Below, in pieces: positions 25,677-42,172 of a DNA stretch of 64,000 nt (the stretch's first letter is position 1; every line of letters starts with the position of its first letter). Below the pieces are notes generated by a model. The model worked only from the letters and a program-made list of their open reading frames with translations, was not told the DNA's origin and did no database searches. Position numbers and translations under genes: made by a program. The DNA is from Guillardia theta CCMP2712 (Eukaryota > Protista > Cryptophyta). The stretch is taken from assembly GCF_000315625.1 (NCBI RefSeq), contig NW_005434661.1, positions 72,956 to 136,955 on the forward strand. Reading direction: 5' to 3'.

Positions 25677-26467
25677 ATCAGGGTTTCTCTATGTGCTCCT
25701 GTGTGTCTTTCTGTCTGTTACCTACCCAGACCAACAAATCTTGAGCTGAAACCTCTTCTCCATCACCATGACAACTAAGTTTCATTCCCATCTTTCTCAC
25801 GCCCATATCCCGTCCTCCCTCTCCTTCCTCCGCTCCTCCCCTCTCCTCCTGGTTCCACTCACCGACATGGCAGCCGTTGATTTGGCAGTGAGGCGGGCTC
25901 AGGTCGAAGTATTGTGGTACCAGCTGACGTGCTACTAGGTGCAAGAACTTTTATCTGCGATAAGCCATCTTTTTAGGTTTTATTTCTGTATAGATTTATT
26001 TTAAATACAGTTTTAAAGTTTAGAAAATATACTGTCAGAAAACATTTTGGAGAGATTTATAGAAGTTTAGTACAAAAATGTACCAGCTTTTAAATGTACC
26101 ATGGCGCCTCAAAGGTCATCTTAAAAATCTTACTTTTTGGCCCGCGACGCTTCGCACAACCCAACCCTTGCAATCATGTCTTGCCGGCTGGCAGCTGCGA
26201 CATGCGCTTTGTTGTTATCTCGTTGTGTTTGTTATCAGATTTCATGATGTACTTCTTGTACACATACTTTCCTCTTGTTGTGGTTGAGCTTGCTGCCCTT
26301 GTTTGATCCCTTTCACATCAAGAGTGTCTTCCTGTGCAAGGTTTGATTTCACTCCGCCCCGTGAACGTCGACGTTCGTGCTGTATACAAGCAGCTTTTAG
26401 TCCCTCGTCTCCTCACTTTGTATCTTCCTTCTGATATTTTTTGTGAATTCCCATAGATCAGATCCCC

Positions 26468-26731
26468 ATGACGCTTCTCACAATTGCCCCTGCGACTACC
26501 ATTGCTAAACTTAAATGGCAGGAGATGTTGACAGTGCTTCGTGCTTGCAATGCTCGGTTGATTGCTGTCGGCGGCATGTGCCCTGACAACTCCGATGCTC
26601 TCTACTCCAAGGACTGGAACCCCAAGTACAGCCGCAAGGAGTTGATCGAGCACGGAGTCTGGATGACCAAGAAGCAGCTCAGGAAGGAGAAGCGCGCGGA
26701 GGAGGAGAGCGTTCATCACCACTTTTCTTAA
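26468..26731 (+). CDS. Hypothetical small protein (3' exon only; upstream exons unresolved)
   Basis: Coding-like codon usage in ...DALYSKDWNPKYSRKELIEHGVWMTKKQLRKEKRAEEESVHHHFS. Confidence 0.35.
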   Translation: MTLLTIAPATTIAKLKWQEMLTVLRACNARLIAVGGMCPDNSDALYSKDWNPKYSRKELIEHGVWMTKKQLRKEKRAEEESVHHHFS

Positions 26732-28004
26732 GGTTGTTTGCTATTGCTGACATCACTGTATCTACCTTCCTCCTCTAACGTGAGTCTGCAGATTGGACAA
26801 CCTAAGACATGACTTGGTCTTTGTCGGGGTTCGTGCGCACTGGCGGAGCAAGCGTTGCTATTTTTTTCTACGATCTTGCATGTTTGTAGGAGCTTTGTGG
26901 TTGATTGATTATTAAGAATGAACATGTTTCTGTGCAATGCTGTCTTTTGTTTTTGGTGCGTTGATGTTCAAACTTGGTGATCTAGAGTTGTCCGGTTGAC
27001 GTCATGGGCAGAGTGTAGTGCAGAGGAAGTTGTCTAATGAACAGTAGGACGCAGAGGTAGATGTCTACTGGACTTTGGGACTGTCGCGAGTCGAGTGATA
27101 TCTAGCAAGCAAGGTGTTGAAGTTAGGGTGAGGGTTATTTTCTCTACAGTTCATGATCAGTCGAGCTCGTCACTGCGATCACTCACCTCCTTGACCAAGT
27201 TCTTGCCAGCTTGTTGAACACCACACCTCGTCGCGTACATGTCATTGAATGCATGCGTTTTCGTGACATTGTTTCTGATTATTCCTTGTGCTGCCGTTCG
27301 CTCTCAACTCTGCCTCCTTGCCTTCACCCACAAATGACGGTGACAACGGCACAAAACTATCAAGATCAGATTGCTGTCTGCAATTCTTCTCGCTCCTCAC
27401 GTGCACCTATCCCCTTCCATTGTCATCCCATCCCATATTTTCTCATGCCTAATACATCTCATCACATCTCATCGCATCTCATCGCATCTCATCCCTCTCA
27501 GCTACCCGGCTACAGCGGAACGATAAGTGGTAGAGTTCTTGATTAGACCTGTAAGTACCCCCAGTAGAAACTATAGACCGAGGGAATGGAGGGGGTAGGG
27601 TAATATTCGTTTTTGTGGTTTGTCTTGTTTTAATGCATCCCAAATTGCTGCACGCTATCTGCAAGAACAAGAGGAGCAAGAGGAGGGAGTAGAGTAGAAG
27701 AGCGGAGGTAGAGCAGGGGAGGAGAGCGTATCATATCAGAGAAGATATTGTGCTCTCGCAGAGACGAGGGGAGAAGATAGGATGGAGGTAGAAAGGAGAA
27801 TGGTCGCTGGAGCGAGAATGGAAGATGAACAGGCAGGTGAGGGCCCGAGGATTGAAGAGGGAGGCTAGTCAGGAGCAAGTGGACGGTGTGAACAATTTGT
27901 GTTGAGCGAAAGGGAACTATCATGAAACGAGCATGGAATTTTTATCATAGACAATCTTGTGAAAGCCTATCTAAACTGAGTTCAGTCTCAACAGGCAACA
28001 TAAC

Positions 28005-30648
28005 ATGGCTACAGCAGTGGAGAAGAGCAATGCTGGTGCTGTGCAGGGGGAAGGGGGAGGAGGAGGCAACGGCAGCATCGACGACGGAGAGAATCGAATC
28101 GAGCATCAGTATTGGACAAGATACATGGAGGGCGTGGTCAAGGAATCGCAAAAGTCGCTGGATCAGCAGTTCCTCGATCGGGACTTGGGCAAGCTCATCA
28201 AGTCAGCGGATGCGATCAGACTGCAAACACTCATGTACCACGAGTATGCATACGGGACGGAGAAGGTCTCGACCAAGTTCATGTACCTGGGGAATTACTA
28301 TGCTCTCATGTTGCGATACATCGCACTGGTGTTCGAGAAGATGAAGTGTCATCCGAGTTACAAGAACAGGTTCCCTCTCATCTGCGATCTAGGTTGAAGT
28401 TATTGAGAAGTGATGCAGTGAATTTCGCAAAGAAATTGATGCACAATTGAAACAGGGAAAATTGGCGGTACAGGTGCCAAGCCAAGTTCCCATAGTTGTC
28501 TTTTTAATAACAGATTGCTTCAGGAATTGGAGAAAGAGAAACATGAATTGAAACGACTATTCACAATCCAATACAGGGAGAAGGTTGGCTTGACCGGTGT
28601 AATTGGCTGTTCTGATCTGAAATTGAACAGAGAGCCTTGAAACAGGCTAATATCTCCAAGATCAAAGAAAAGGGTTAGTTTGACTTGAAGTGTGTGGTGG
28701 AGGTTTGTGACTCCCGTTGTCTTGTTCAGAATCAGATCTGAAGAGCCTCAAACTCATCGGAGATGCAATGGAATCTATGAAGATCAACGTTTCCACTGGT
28801 ACCTGCTGGGACCCGGCTGAGTCGGGATTGACGTCGACATTTCCAGGGAATGCGATGGAGAGGGAGGGGCTACAAGAGTTGGTATCTGCTGACCGCACTC
28901 GTATCCCAGCAAGCATGGCTGATCCTCGTGCAGATGGACAAAGATCGTCACGTCGTGCAGCCTGCGGCTGGTTGTTGTTCTTGCATGCCTGTCGATGGTT
29001 CCCATGATGCTTCCAACTTGCCATCAGATTTGCCGCCGTCAAACTCGAAGCCCTCGGTGACATCAGCTCCGTCCGTCAGCGCGCAAAGAGCTCTGGGAGA
29101 TCAGTCCGTGCGACCTCAACAGGTTGTTCACCTTTCATGTTATCTGATCATAACGAGTACACAAGGACAAGAGTACTTCGCCAGCGTCCAGGAAGGGGAT
29201 CATCGAGGAGAAAATGCAGAACGATGACGACATTTTCATTGCGTTGCCGGTGTTCGACGAGATTCCCGTCCTCCTCCCTTCGCAGAACCGCATGAAGTAT
29301 GAAGATGAGCATTGCTGGCGAGCAGCTGGCGGGGACAATGACGGATGCCTTGCAGGTTCGACACTTTCCTGCAGCACGAGAGGAGAGGATACAACGCATC
29401 CCTGATCCCACCTACCAAACCTCCTCCTACCTCTACCTCTACAGTCAGCGCTTATCCTGCTCGACAGAGCAGCAAGTACAACGAGATGTACGACAGGGAC
29501 CTTCAGCTGGTCTGAGCAAACCGCTGCTCCCCTGCAAGCTAGTCATTCTGGTTCTACAGGCACTTCGAGAATCCGCCATGCTGGCCAACACGGAGAACAT
29601 GAAGCTACAGAGGTGGCGCAAGGAGAGTAGGTGCTGTATGCTGATCCCGGGCAGGTTAAGAGAGCGATTGGAAAAGTTTACAGACTTCGAGTTGGAGGAC
29701 GTCGACAATACAGGCCACTGTCAGTTCGACGCCATCGCTCATCAGATCGCTGGACGATTTGCCGACCAATACAAAGTCTCTTCCTCCTTCCCTCCCTTCC
29801 TCTCCTTCTCCCTTCTCCCTCTTGCCCTTGCACTGCTGTGCTTTCATGTTCTCTGCTTCTTCCTTCATCCCCATGAAGCTGACTACCTGCTCTGCAGGTT
29901 CAGCCCAGTGAGGTGCACTATCGAAGGGTGAGGAGAGATGTGGCGGAGTGGCTCCGGCGCAATGCGGTATGCCCATGTCCGCATGGAGTAGATGCTGCTG
30001 ACGCGCCTGCCAGCATGTGACCCTGGACAACGGAGCTACAATCACCGACTTCCTGGACAGCGAGGACGGCGCGACGTGGGAAATCTTCTGCGACAACATC
30101 GAGGACAAGTGGTTGGCAGGAAGAGGGAGGAAGGGACGAGCGTGGCTGACGTGGACGCAGGATTAGCGCCAACCCTGTCTGGGGGAACCATCTCACATTG
30201 ATCGGTGAGCAAGATCTCGGAGTTCCTCCCTCCTCATGCTCTTTGATCAGCCGCTGCCAACTGCTACAACCGTCCCATCAGAATCTGGTCAACCGCCCCG
30301 GGAGATGACTGGTGGCTTCAAATAGAGCCCAAGCACTACAAGGTTCCCCTCCTCTCTCTCCCCCTCCCCTCCCTCCTCATAAATCTCCTTACTCCTCCCT
30401 CTCTCGTCTCCCACCCTCCGCTTCCCCTACCCTTATCGTTCTGCTGCGGTCTTGGGTGTTGACATCCTGACTTGCCGCTCACAGCCCACCCATCACATCC
30501 GTCCCTTCGAGCTTGCTCACCTCTACGAGAGACATTACCTCTCGGTGAGCGTATCACGTACAACCTGCTGCTTGCTGATGTGCCATGTTCACAGGTTCGA
30601 GAACGAAGAGGCAAGAACTCCAAGTTTTCTGGAACTCCGCGATACTGA
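28005..30648 (+). CDS. OTU-family deubiquitinase with an N-terminal USP8/AMSH-type MIT-like domain, multi-exon
   Basis: OTU motifs: DVDNTGHCQFDAIAHQI, RVRRDVAEWLRRN, WGNHLTLIAAANCYNRPIRIW, LAHLYERHYLSV. The N-terminal GNYYALMLRYIALVFEKMKCHPSYK resembles the USP8-dimerisation/AMSH MIT region. Confidence 0.8.
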
Positions 30649-30760
30649 ACAAGAAAGACATCTAATCCACGCATGCTCCTTTTCTCCTTACATGACCTCC
30701 TTCTTCCGCCAGCCAATAGATCAAAGCTTTTTAATCCTTCACGCCCTCTAAACCGACATC

Positions 30761-31247
30761 TTAGTAGAAAGGATGTCCCACAAGCCACTCGTGGCCATCA
30801 TCAGGTCCGTTGACTCCGTCATAGTGCACGTAGAGCTCTGGGCTGTCAACGGCGTTGTTGCTGTCGTATAAGTCAGACTTTCATCGTGGTAAGAGGGAGA
30901 TCTTTTGTCAAGTTTGAGTCTACGACAATGTGTGCACAACAAATAGGAACAACAATGTGCACAACAATCAGCAAAGATGTATGATTGCTACAACATTCAT
31001 GCTGTCGTCTTTCGTGTTATCATAATATAACATGAACTCTTCCAGTACAAAGAACAGAGCCGACTGTCAAGGAATATGAACTTGCGAGACTGCACAGGAG
31101 GAGAGGATCTGTCTCTAAGAGCAGAGCATGGAAGGGAGCATCAGCTTACCACACGTAGAAGGAAGAGTTCTTGAGCGTGCATGCGTTCAACGATGGGACG
31201 CCCATGGGGTCTCCAGAGAAGAGTGACTTGAAAACAGGCACCAGCAT
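30761..31247 (-). CDS. Possible small multi-exon hypothetical protein
   Basis: Exon-like stretches MLVPVFKSLFSGDPMGVPSLNACTLKNSSFYV|gtaag and ...LYDSNNAVDSPELYVHYDGVNGPDDGHEWLVGHPFY*. Confidence 0.3.
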
Positions 31248-32807
31248 TGCGCGTCCCTTCAGCTACACCACCCTAATCTGATCTGTTAAGCTTCAAATTT
31301 TATCTTTAAACTTGAAATTTAACAGAAACAATATCGATGTAGCTCTGAAATTGTTTTGTAGGAAGGCTGAAGAGCTGTCTAGCTGTTTGTCCTGGTTCCT
31401 ACAGCTACTCAGCGCACGGCCCGGCCGGCCCGGGCCGCCGCGGCCTCAGGAGTCCGAAAGTGACTCTCACTAGTTCCAGGCCGGGCCGCGGCTCGCGGCT
31501 ATCCGATCGGGCACGGCGCCGCTGTCGGGCGCCGCGGGCCGCGGCGCCGCGGGGGCCGTTCAACGGTTGCCGTACGGTACCGTGCCGTGTCTGAACTCCG
31601 GGAATGACAATACTGATATGACCTGTTCAAGTTTGCCAGAGTAAACGAATCCGGGAGTCCGGCGGATGTCGACTTGTTCGACTTTGAGGTGAACTGTGAA
31701 TGAGCTCAGTGCTGCAGTGCCCCGTACCGTACTACCGTCGCCCCGATGACTCTGGGCCGAAATAGCGCAGTGAGCAGTGAGATGGCGTTAGTGGCGTGCA
31801 AGCTTGAAGCGAAAAGATGGGCCGCAGGTGAGCATGTGGAGGAGCAGAAAGAGGCCGCTGAGGGCCGGGGAGGGGAGCCTGGAAGAAGAGAAGTTGCTTG
31901 AATAACCTCTTCTTGCACTTCACTTCTTCAGTCTTCGATCGTTTAGACTCGCGATGAGAAGAACAGGTCCACGTGTATCCTCAGAGCTCACGCGTACACT
32001 GTCACAGACGGCGATGAAGCTGCCGGGCTTACAGCAAGTTGAATGCGAACTCAGATGAAGATGAAATGGGACGACGACGACGACGACGGTGAGCAGTGCA
32101 GATGCAGAAGATAAGACATCTTAGAGGAAGAGGAAGAGACGAATAAGAGTACGAGTACGAGCAAGATACGAAAGGTTCTAAGAACAGAACCCGAGACTGT
32201 AGACTAAAAGAGGTCACCTTGTGCATGCGATGTTCGCGGTTGAAGTTTACTTTCAAGAATGGATGAAACAGGAGGGAGACCTGCAACAATCAAACAAACT
32301 CTGACATCCCACCGAGGGGCATGCTGCTGTCTTCACGAACACTGGGAATAGAGGAGAACAGCGATAAGCGAGATACAAGCACCGAGACGACAAGGCGGCT
32401 GGTCGACAGGAGGGTGACTAGTTGATCTCCTGAAGAGGAAGAGCTTGCTGCAAGATGACAGCTTCTTTCAAGAGAATGATGAGGTCAACGAAAGTGAGCC
32501 CATAGGGAGTGAAGAGGCTGAAGAGAAAAAAGAGTAGCCGTGGGAGCAGGAGGAGCAGGAGGAGCAGGAGGATGGAGCAAGACCATGTACAGAAGGTCAA
32601 AAGGGCAGGTCTGTGAAGGAAAGCACGCAGAGGTGTGAGGCAGAGGCAGGGGCAGGAGCAGCCAGCAAGAGCTCCTTCACAAAAGTTCGGCATTGTCTCA
32701 TCAACATGTCAGACCTATCACGGCCAAGGAAAGTTTCTCATCCTCCTCCTACTCGTCTGTCTCCTCAAAAGCCTCGTACTGCCTCTACCGTGAAAACGGA
32801 GACTCGA

Positions 32808-32883
<76 letters not shown>

Positions 32884-32885
32884 CC
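32808..32885 (+). repeat. (CCTG)n microsatellite
   Basis: Perfect tetranucleotide run. Confidence 0.95.
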
Positions 32886-33255
32886 CTCCCCTCTTCCTCC
32901 CTCGCTTACCCCTTCCCCGCGAGGATAACAGTCCACTTATTCGAGCTCTTCCCTCCTCCAGTCCCCAACTTGCTCCCTCCACCGTGGCATGGTGAGGGAG
33001 CCATTCTCGTGCCTCCTCCTCAGCTGTGTAGTGCTACTGACCCTCTCCTCCTCCTCCCCTCCCTCCCCCTCCCTGCCCCCCTGCCCCCCTCCCCCCCCGC
33101 ATTCCCTAGGAGGGACCCTAGGAAGGGTTTGCGGCTTTGAGGGGGTCGCAAGTGCGGCAGGCTCAATGCCAAGAGAAAGATGAAGGCACGGGGCAGGGGC
33201 AGTGCACATACCGGCCATGCAGACAGCAGGAGGAGGAGGATGAGGAGGAGGAGGA

Positions 33256-33355
33256 NNNNNNNNNNNNNNNNNNNNNNNNNNNNNNNNNNNNNNNNNNNNN
33301 NNNNNNNNNNNNNNNNNNNNNNNNNNNNNNNNNNNNNNNNNNNNNNNNNNNNNNN
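33256..33355. other. Assembly gap (100 N)
   Basis: Run of N. Confidence 0.99.
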
Positions 33356-33479
33356 CCCCCCCCCCTCCCCCACCCACCCCTCCCGCTTTCCCCAGCTCCT
33401 CCGTGATCCCCTCCCCTCCCCTTTCCTTCCCTCCCCCCTCCTTTCTTCATGCCTCCTCTCCTTGTCTGACGTTCCTACA

Positions 33480-35520
33480 GGTTCTGCGGGATGGAACGGA
33501 CCGCCGGCTACGACTTCTGCGGTGTGCACATAGGAGAGGTCGAGATGATGGGAGGGGTAGCTCCCAAACCTCCCCAGCTGGGAGAAGGTGCTTGTTCTCA
33601 GCTCTGGCTGGAGGATGACGAGCTGTGGTGCAGGGGTGAGGGGGAAGGGCCACGGGGCCATGGCCTCCAAATGCTTCACGACATCAGCCACAGCGTTCGC
33701 CGACGTCGAGAGCAGGAGCAAGGAGGCTGAGGAGACGGCTAGAGCTGAGGAGGAGGTGGGCAAGAAGAGGAAGACCTCCACATGGAAGGACAAGGGAAAG
33801 AGGATTCCTTGCCCGCACGACCCCAGTCACACCATCTACGAGAAGTCGCTGGGCAAGCACGTGCAGCACTGCCCCAAGTACAAGGAGAAGCAGGAGCAGC
33901 GCTCGCTTCCCTTCTACTCGGAGAACATCAATATGAACCAGGACGCTGCTGCGAGCTCGCAGCTCCTGCGAGAGGAGGAGGAGGATCTCAACGACATGGA
34001 CGAGAGCGAGATGAGGTCCAGGAACAATTGTCAGGCATGTCAATCAATACGTCTCTCCCTACCCTCGTTCGCACCCCCTTCCTTCCCATTCTGCTCTGTT
34101 GTGCTCTGCTCTGCTCTGTTGTGCTCTGCTCTGCTCTGCTCTGCTCTGCTCTGCTCTGCTCTGCTCTTCCCTTCTGTTGTCTTGTCTTGTCTTGTCTTGT
34201 CTTGTCTTGTCTTGTCTTGTCTTGTCTTGTCTTGTCTTGTCTTGTCTTGTCTTGTCTTGTCTGATATCTCAACTTCTTCCTCATGGCACCGCTCCTCCTA
34301 CCCCTATTATCCTGGGCTGACTGTTCTGTCTACTCCTTCAGGCTTCTCTCAACCTCGAGATCCTCAAGCTCTCCAACTTCGAGCTCTTCCTCCAATGTAT
34401 CGAGCGAGTCTATCACCGTCTGGTCGGCAACATCCCCTCCCAGGTCCTCTCCTCCGCCTCCTGTCACGCCCTCCTCACCGGAGACAGCCCGGCATCAGGG
34501 CGAGGTCAGAGTCACAAGGGGCAGAAGGCAGGGAGCAGCGTGCAGCGGCACATCCAGCAGCAGGCCTCCATCGTCGGTCACCTCGAGGAGCTGAAGCTAG
34601 TCGGGGACCAGTTCACCTACGTCGAGATGGGAGCAGGACGCGGGATGCTCTCCATAGCCGTGCGGGAGGCGGCGCCGAGGAGCTCGGTGCTGCTGGTGGA
34701 GAGAGGAGCATGCAGAAACAAGGCGGACAGGCTGCTGTCCTGCAACAAGGAGGCGTTCTTCCAGCGGATTAGGATGGACATCGCGCACCTGGAGCTGAGA
34801 AAAGTCCCAGTCATGCATGACGCAGCTGTTGTCGTGCTGGGGAAGCATCTCTGTGGAGGAGCGACGGACCTAGCGGCTCGATGTGCTGTGAACACGCTGA
34901 AGGATGCAGAGAGCGATGAGGGAGGAGGAGGAGGAGGAGGAGGAGGAGGAGGAGGAGATCTTCGAGGAATAGCAATTGCGACATGCTGCCATCATCGCTG
35001 TGATCCCTCGAGCTATGTGCTCCCTGGATGGGTCGAGGAGGTAAAGAACCTGTTGGAGTACCGCGAGCTGACGGGCATGGCAGCGGCTGTGCGAGGAAGG
35101 AGTGCCTGCGCAAGAGGTTTCCTTCGACCTGGTGCTCATCTGTGCTCCCAAACTTCCTCCGCTTCCTCACCCTCTTCGCAGATCCGCCTGATGACGTCAT
35201 GGGCGTGCTGCGGATGGAGGGAGGAGGCAGGCGAGCGGATGGAGGGAGGAGGAGGAGGAGGAGAGGAGGGAGGAGGAGGAGAGGAGGGAGGAACAGCGAA
35301 TCCAGGCGCTTCAGCTCCCTCCTCTTCAATCGACAGCCACCCAGCGTCCTTCCTGCCCCGCACTCGCAAGCAAGAGCTGGGGAGGATGTGCAAGCGGATT
35401 CTCGATATGGGGAGGGTCGAGTGGCTGAGGAGGAAGGGGCTCAAGGCCAAGCTCGTGCACTACTGCGACGCCAGCTCCGTGTCACCTGAGAACTGCCTAC
35501 TGCTGGCACGGAAGGAATGA
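33480..35520 (+). CDS. TRMT13: tRNA:m(4)X 2'-O-methyltransferase Trm13 (first exon unresolved, near the gap)
   Basis: FCGMERTAGYDFCGVH (CCCH finger), RIPCPHDPSHTIYEKSLGKHVQHCP (CHHC finger), RHIQQQASIVGHL, YVEMGAGRGMLS, GKHLCGGATDLA, IATCCHHRC, CKRILDMGR, VSPENCLL. Confidence 0.93.
34101..34261 (+). repeat. Intronic pentanucleotide arrays (CTCTG)n + (CTTGT)n
   Basis: Perfect and near-perfect pentamer runs in a TRMT13 intron. Confidence 0.95.
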
Positions 35521-35635
35521 ACAGGAGCGGGCGGGAGAGCGGGGGGGGGGGGGGATCAAAAACTCGTGGAAGGAGAGAAGGAAAAGAAAAAGAGCTGAGT
35601 AGACGTGGAAGGGAATTGAAGGTACGGCCTTGTCT

Positions 35636-38302
35636 TCATTGAACCTTCAGCACCCGCACCCGCCCGAAGCGCCTGGTGTCTCTTTTGGCCCGCAGGTTCC
35701 TTTCCACGTAGTTGCACAGTGCGATGTCACCAAGAACCTCCTCGTCAAAGAGAGCGTGAGGGCCCGACGCGCCTGTCAACACACCTGTCAAGAGCAGGCC
35801 TCCTGCTGGGCACTCTCCTCACCTGCTCCAGCATCCGCTCCCTCCCTCTGCACGCACGACTCCCACACGTCACACCCCAGCTGTACTCCCTTACACCCTC
35901 TATCTCCGCCTTCCCAATCCAGCTTCCTGCACTTGAGATCAGCTTAAGATGCTCTCTCAGCAAGAGAAATGTAAGTACGCTGAAGGAGGAGGGGGAGGAG
36001 GGGGCGATGAGACAGATGGAGTAATGGGAGGAGGACGGGGAGGGGAAGGGGGAGGGAGAAGGTGGAGTTTGTGGTTGTAGTGGAGGAGAAGGAGGAGGAG
36101 AATCTGGAAGAGAAGAAATCTCACCCTCGTCGGAATGACCTTCCACTGATTCGATCGCATCGCTGAAGGAGCCTCCGGGACCGGGACACGGGCTGCTGCT
36201 GGCCTCTGAGGTGGGTCCACTCGTCGACGCTGAGATGGTCTACCGGGACGAACATCTCCTTAGCCAGCAAGTCGCTCATGGTGCCTGAAGGGATCGAACT
36301 GCCGTAGAACATGTCCTGTGAGATTTTTGTCTCCTCCACCTTTTGCTGTCATCACGTCAGAGAAGGCAAGACGAGCACAAGGCAAGGAGGAGAAGGGGCA
36401 AGGGGCGGAGAAAGAGGAGAGGGAGTGAAGGGGAGGTGGTATGAGGAGGAGAAGGAGTGTTTCATGGATGGAAGTATAAAGAGGAGGAGCTGCAGCAGCA
36501 GCTTAGGATACCTTGGGCCACACACAGAACCCGCTGGTGAACAGATAATCACTCTCCGTCGCTTGCCCTGGAACAGAATCAAAACCAAGGGGAACGCGCA
36601 TGTTGCCTCTACCCGAAGACACGGACTTTGACACGTCTGCCATGGAGCAAATGTAGAATTGAGAGTCCTCAGACACTCTCATGCCGATCTTCTGTCTCGC
36701 CAGATGTTCCGACGTGTGGATCGCTATGAGGGAAAGGTTTCCTGCCGAATATTCTCCGCCAAAACTCAGCCAGCGCCCCCCGAAGAGATCAGGAGAGAAC
36801 TTGGAGAGTTTCACAGCCTAAGGTCATGAGTCAACCTGGTGTACTGGGAGAGGAGGGAAACTCACTGAGGTTCGCATCGGTCTGTTGAGAACAACTCCAA
36901 CCGTCTGTTCTCGGTTGTCTTCAAGAATCAGCACAACCGACTTGTGCAGATACTGTCCGATACGCATCATGTCAGCACGTAAGCTGCTTCCACGACCTCA
37001 GACAAACCTCTCGAGCGAAGATGAAAGGTGCAGGGCCGTTGGCCCGGAGGAGCAAGCCAGCCTTGAGGCTCGGGAGGGTATGCTGTGGAATTCGGATCTC
37101 CTGTCACTCCCTTGTCAGCTGAAGGGTCCAGAAGAGACCTAGTACCTCGGGCCTGTCAATCAGCAGCCTCCTCGCCCACTCCTTCATCATCGCGTCCTCC
37201 AACTCTGACTGAGATTTCGCCGAGAAACTCCCAAGCCCAACAGCAGACATCCAAGTATCCCATATGTCGATCCCCGCCTCCTCCTCTGTAGAGCTGAAAC
37301 CTTTCAAATCGTCGAGTATGCGGGCCAGCAGAACGTCCGACGAGACCGTCGACTTCCTCACGCAGTTGTTGCATCTCTTGGAGTATTCCTTGCAGACTTG
37401 TTGGCAGGCCTGACAGACCTGCGACTTGGTTGACTTGCCCGCGGATGCTATGAACCAGTTCCTGTTGAGTCCGGAATCAACCTGAGCTTCAAGATCCCCA
37501 GATGCCCACCCAACATATCCCAAGAAGACGACAAAGTCTTCTTTTCTCGCATGCCCAGCTTGCACAAGGGACTCAGCTGAGTTGAGGGAGGTGAAGTAGA
37601 CGCCGTCTACTATCTTAGCTGATACTCTTTGTGCTACCTATCAACACATCATGTCACAACACAACACAACACAACAGATCTACCGTTCACCTCTCCATCT
37701 AACTTGTGCAAGCAAAGATAGTGCTTCAAGTCCCGTGGAGCAGAGAACCCTTGGATGTTGCCTCCATGCCACAGCCTCCATCCATTCTCCGTCGAGAATT
37801 GAGATGGCCTGTTGAGAATGATCCCCTGTGTGTAACGCGGGGTGTGGGACAGGACGAGCACTAAACTTTTGTGAAACTGTTGGTCGACATGTGGGCTGTG
37901 CGTGTTGATCGAAAACAGCAAGGTCCCGGCTTGCACTAATTCGCCTACATCGTACTTCCAAACATTCGACGTTGTCTGTGCTTTATCGGCCGCGTTGTTC
38001 AGCCTCTTTACTCCAGCCTTGCCTTCTTTGCCAGTGGTCAGATACTGTTCTTCCAGCTTCTCCCTGAACGTCAGCCAGTCACTGCGATCACTTCCCAAGT
38101 CGCTCTGCTGCATTCTTGGGATTCGAAGATGCTTCAGGGAGCGAGATTGCCTGACACAAATATGGTCTTGCTGTCTTGAGCCGACTGATGCATAGCGGAG
38201 CAGACCATGCTGTGTGGAGATGAAGGAGTTGCTTCCTTGAAGAGAAATGAGCAGCACAAAAAGGAGGATGTGAAGATATCCATGGCAGGGGCTCGAACCC
38301 AT
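35636..38302 (-). CDS. Plastid-targeted protein with two tandem DUF179/AlgH (YqgE) domains, multi-exon
   Basis: Signal peptide ending LQGSNS|F. Domain 1: QQFHKSLVLVLSH..YTQGIILNRP..LWHGG..FVVFLGYVGWASGDLEAQV..NWF. Domain 2: YLHKSVVLILED..TVGVVLNRP..LSFGGEY..YLFTSGFCVWPK. Confidence 0.8.
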
Positions 38303-38953
38303 TCTGACTCAAAGAAATACCAAAGGTCGTCCGATGCGCAAGGCTTCAGACAAGTCTTTTCCTGGAGGGTCGAGCGTTCGATATCGTTCTAGCCTATCTC
38401 TTATTTCAAACTCCAGGCTCCTGAAAACCATGTCACGGTCGTCACATCCTAACTACGATTTCGTCGAATGTTTGCGAAGCAAATGGTTCAGCCCGCCTCC
38501 CCTTCGTCCTCTCTATCCTGTCCTTACTGCTGCCCCACTTTCTCTCTCTCCCCCCCCTCCCCTGCATCCCTTCGCTGCATCCCTTCGCTGCATCCCTTCC
38601 ATGGGTCTCTCCCTCTCCCCCTCCTGGCTCTCCTCCCCTACCGTCCTCTTGCCATGGCTCAAAACTTCCCTGTAGGATGACTCAGATTATTGGGGCGCAT
38701 TTTAAGAAAAACCTGCAGGGGTTTACATTTGCAGAAGTTGTACTTGGCAAATTGATTCAATTCAATAAACTGAAAATAGCTGATAAAATTTGAGATTTGT
38801 TTTCGAAATATTTCATTTAGTCGAAATTTGAAGTTTTTGTGGAAATCCTGAAATCATTAGTCGCAACTCGGTTGTTGCAGTCCTCCCACCGGGGCCCGGG
38901 CCCGGCCCGGTACCCGCCAAGTTACTGAATCCGGTTCAGCACGTGAAGGCGCA

Positions 38954-41963
<3,010 letters not shown>

Positions 41964-42172
41964 CTACTCCGCCAACCACTCCCGCCGTCAACTTCCAACC
42001 ATAGCCAGACTGTTTTTGAGTAAAGAAGCCCGGGCCCGGCGACGACTCACTGGCAGCGGTGACCGGGCCTCCGGGCCGGCGGCGCGCGGGCGTCCCGGAG
42101 TGATCGGACGGTACTCACGCGGGGGACTTGTCCTGCGCGCAGTTAAGTGAAGGTATCAGTTAAGTTTGGGGG

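Noticed and set aside
25762-25775. X-box-like ATCACCATGACAAC upstream of DNAAF6, and apparent clustering of ciliary genes (ZMYND12, EFCAB5-like, DNAAF6)
   Set aside because: The consensus is highly degenerate, there are no equally good matches at the other two genes, and RFX factors are not established in this lineage. Three ciliary genes in 26 kb is plausible by chance.
31781-33200. Possible acidic + strand gene upstream of TRMT13
   Set aside because: Exon-like pieces exist, but I could not assemble a consistent spliced frame or recognise a motif.
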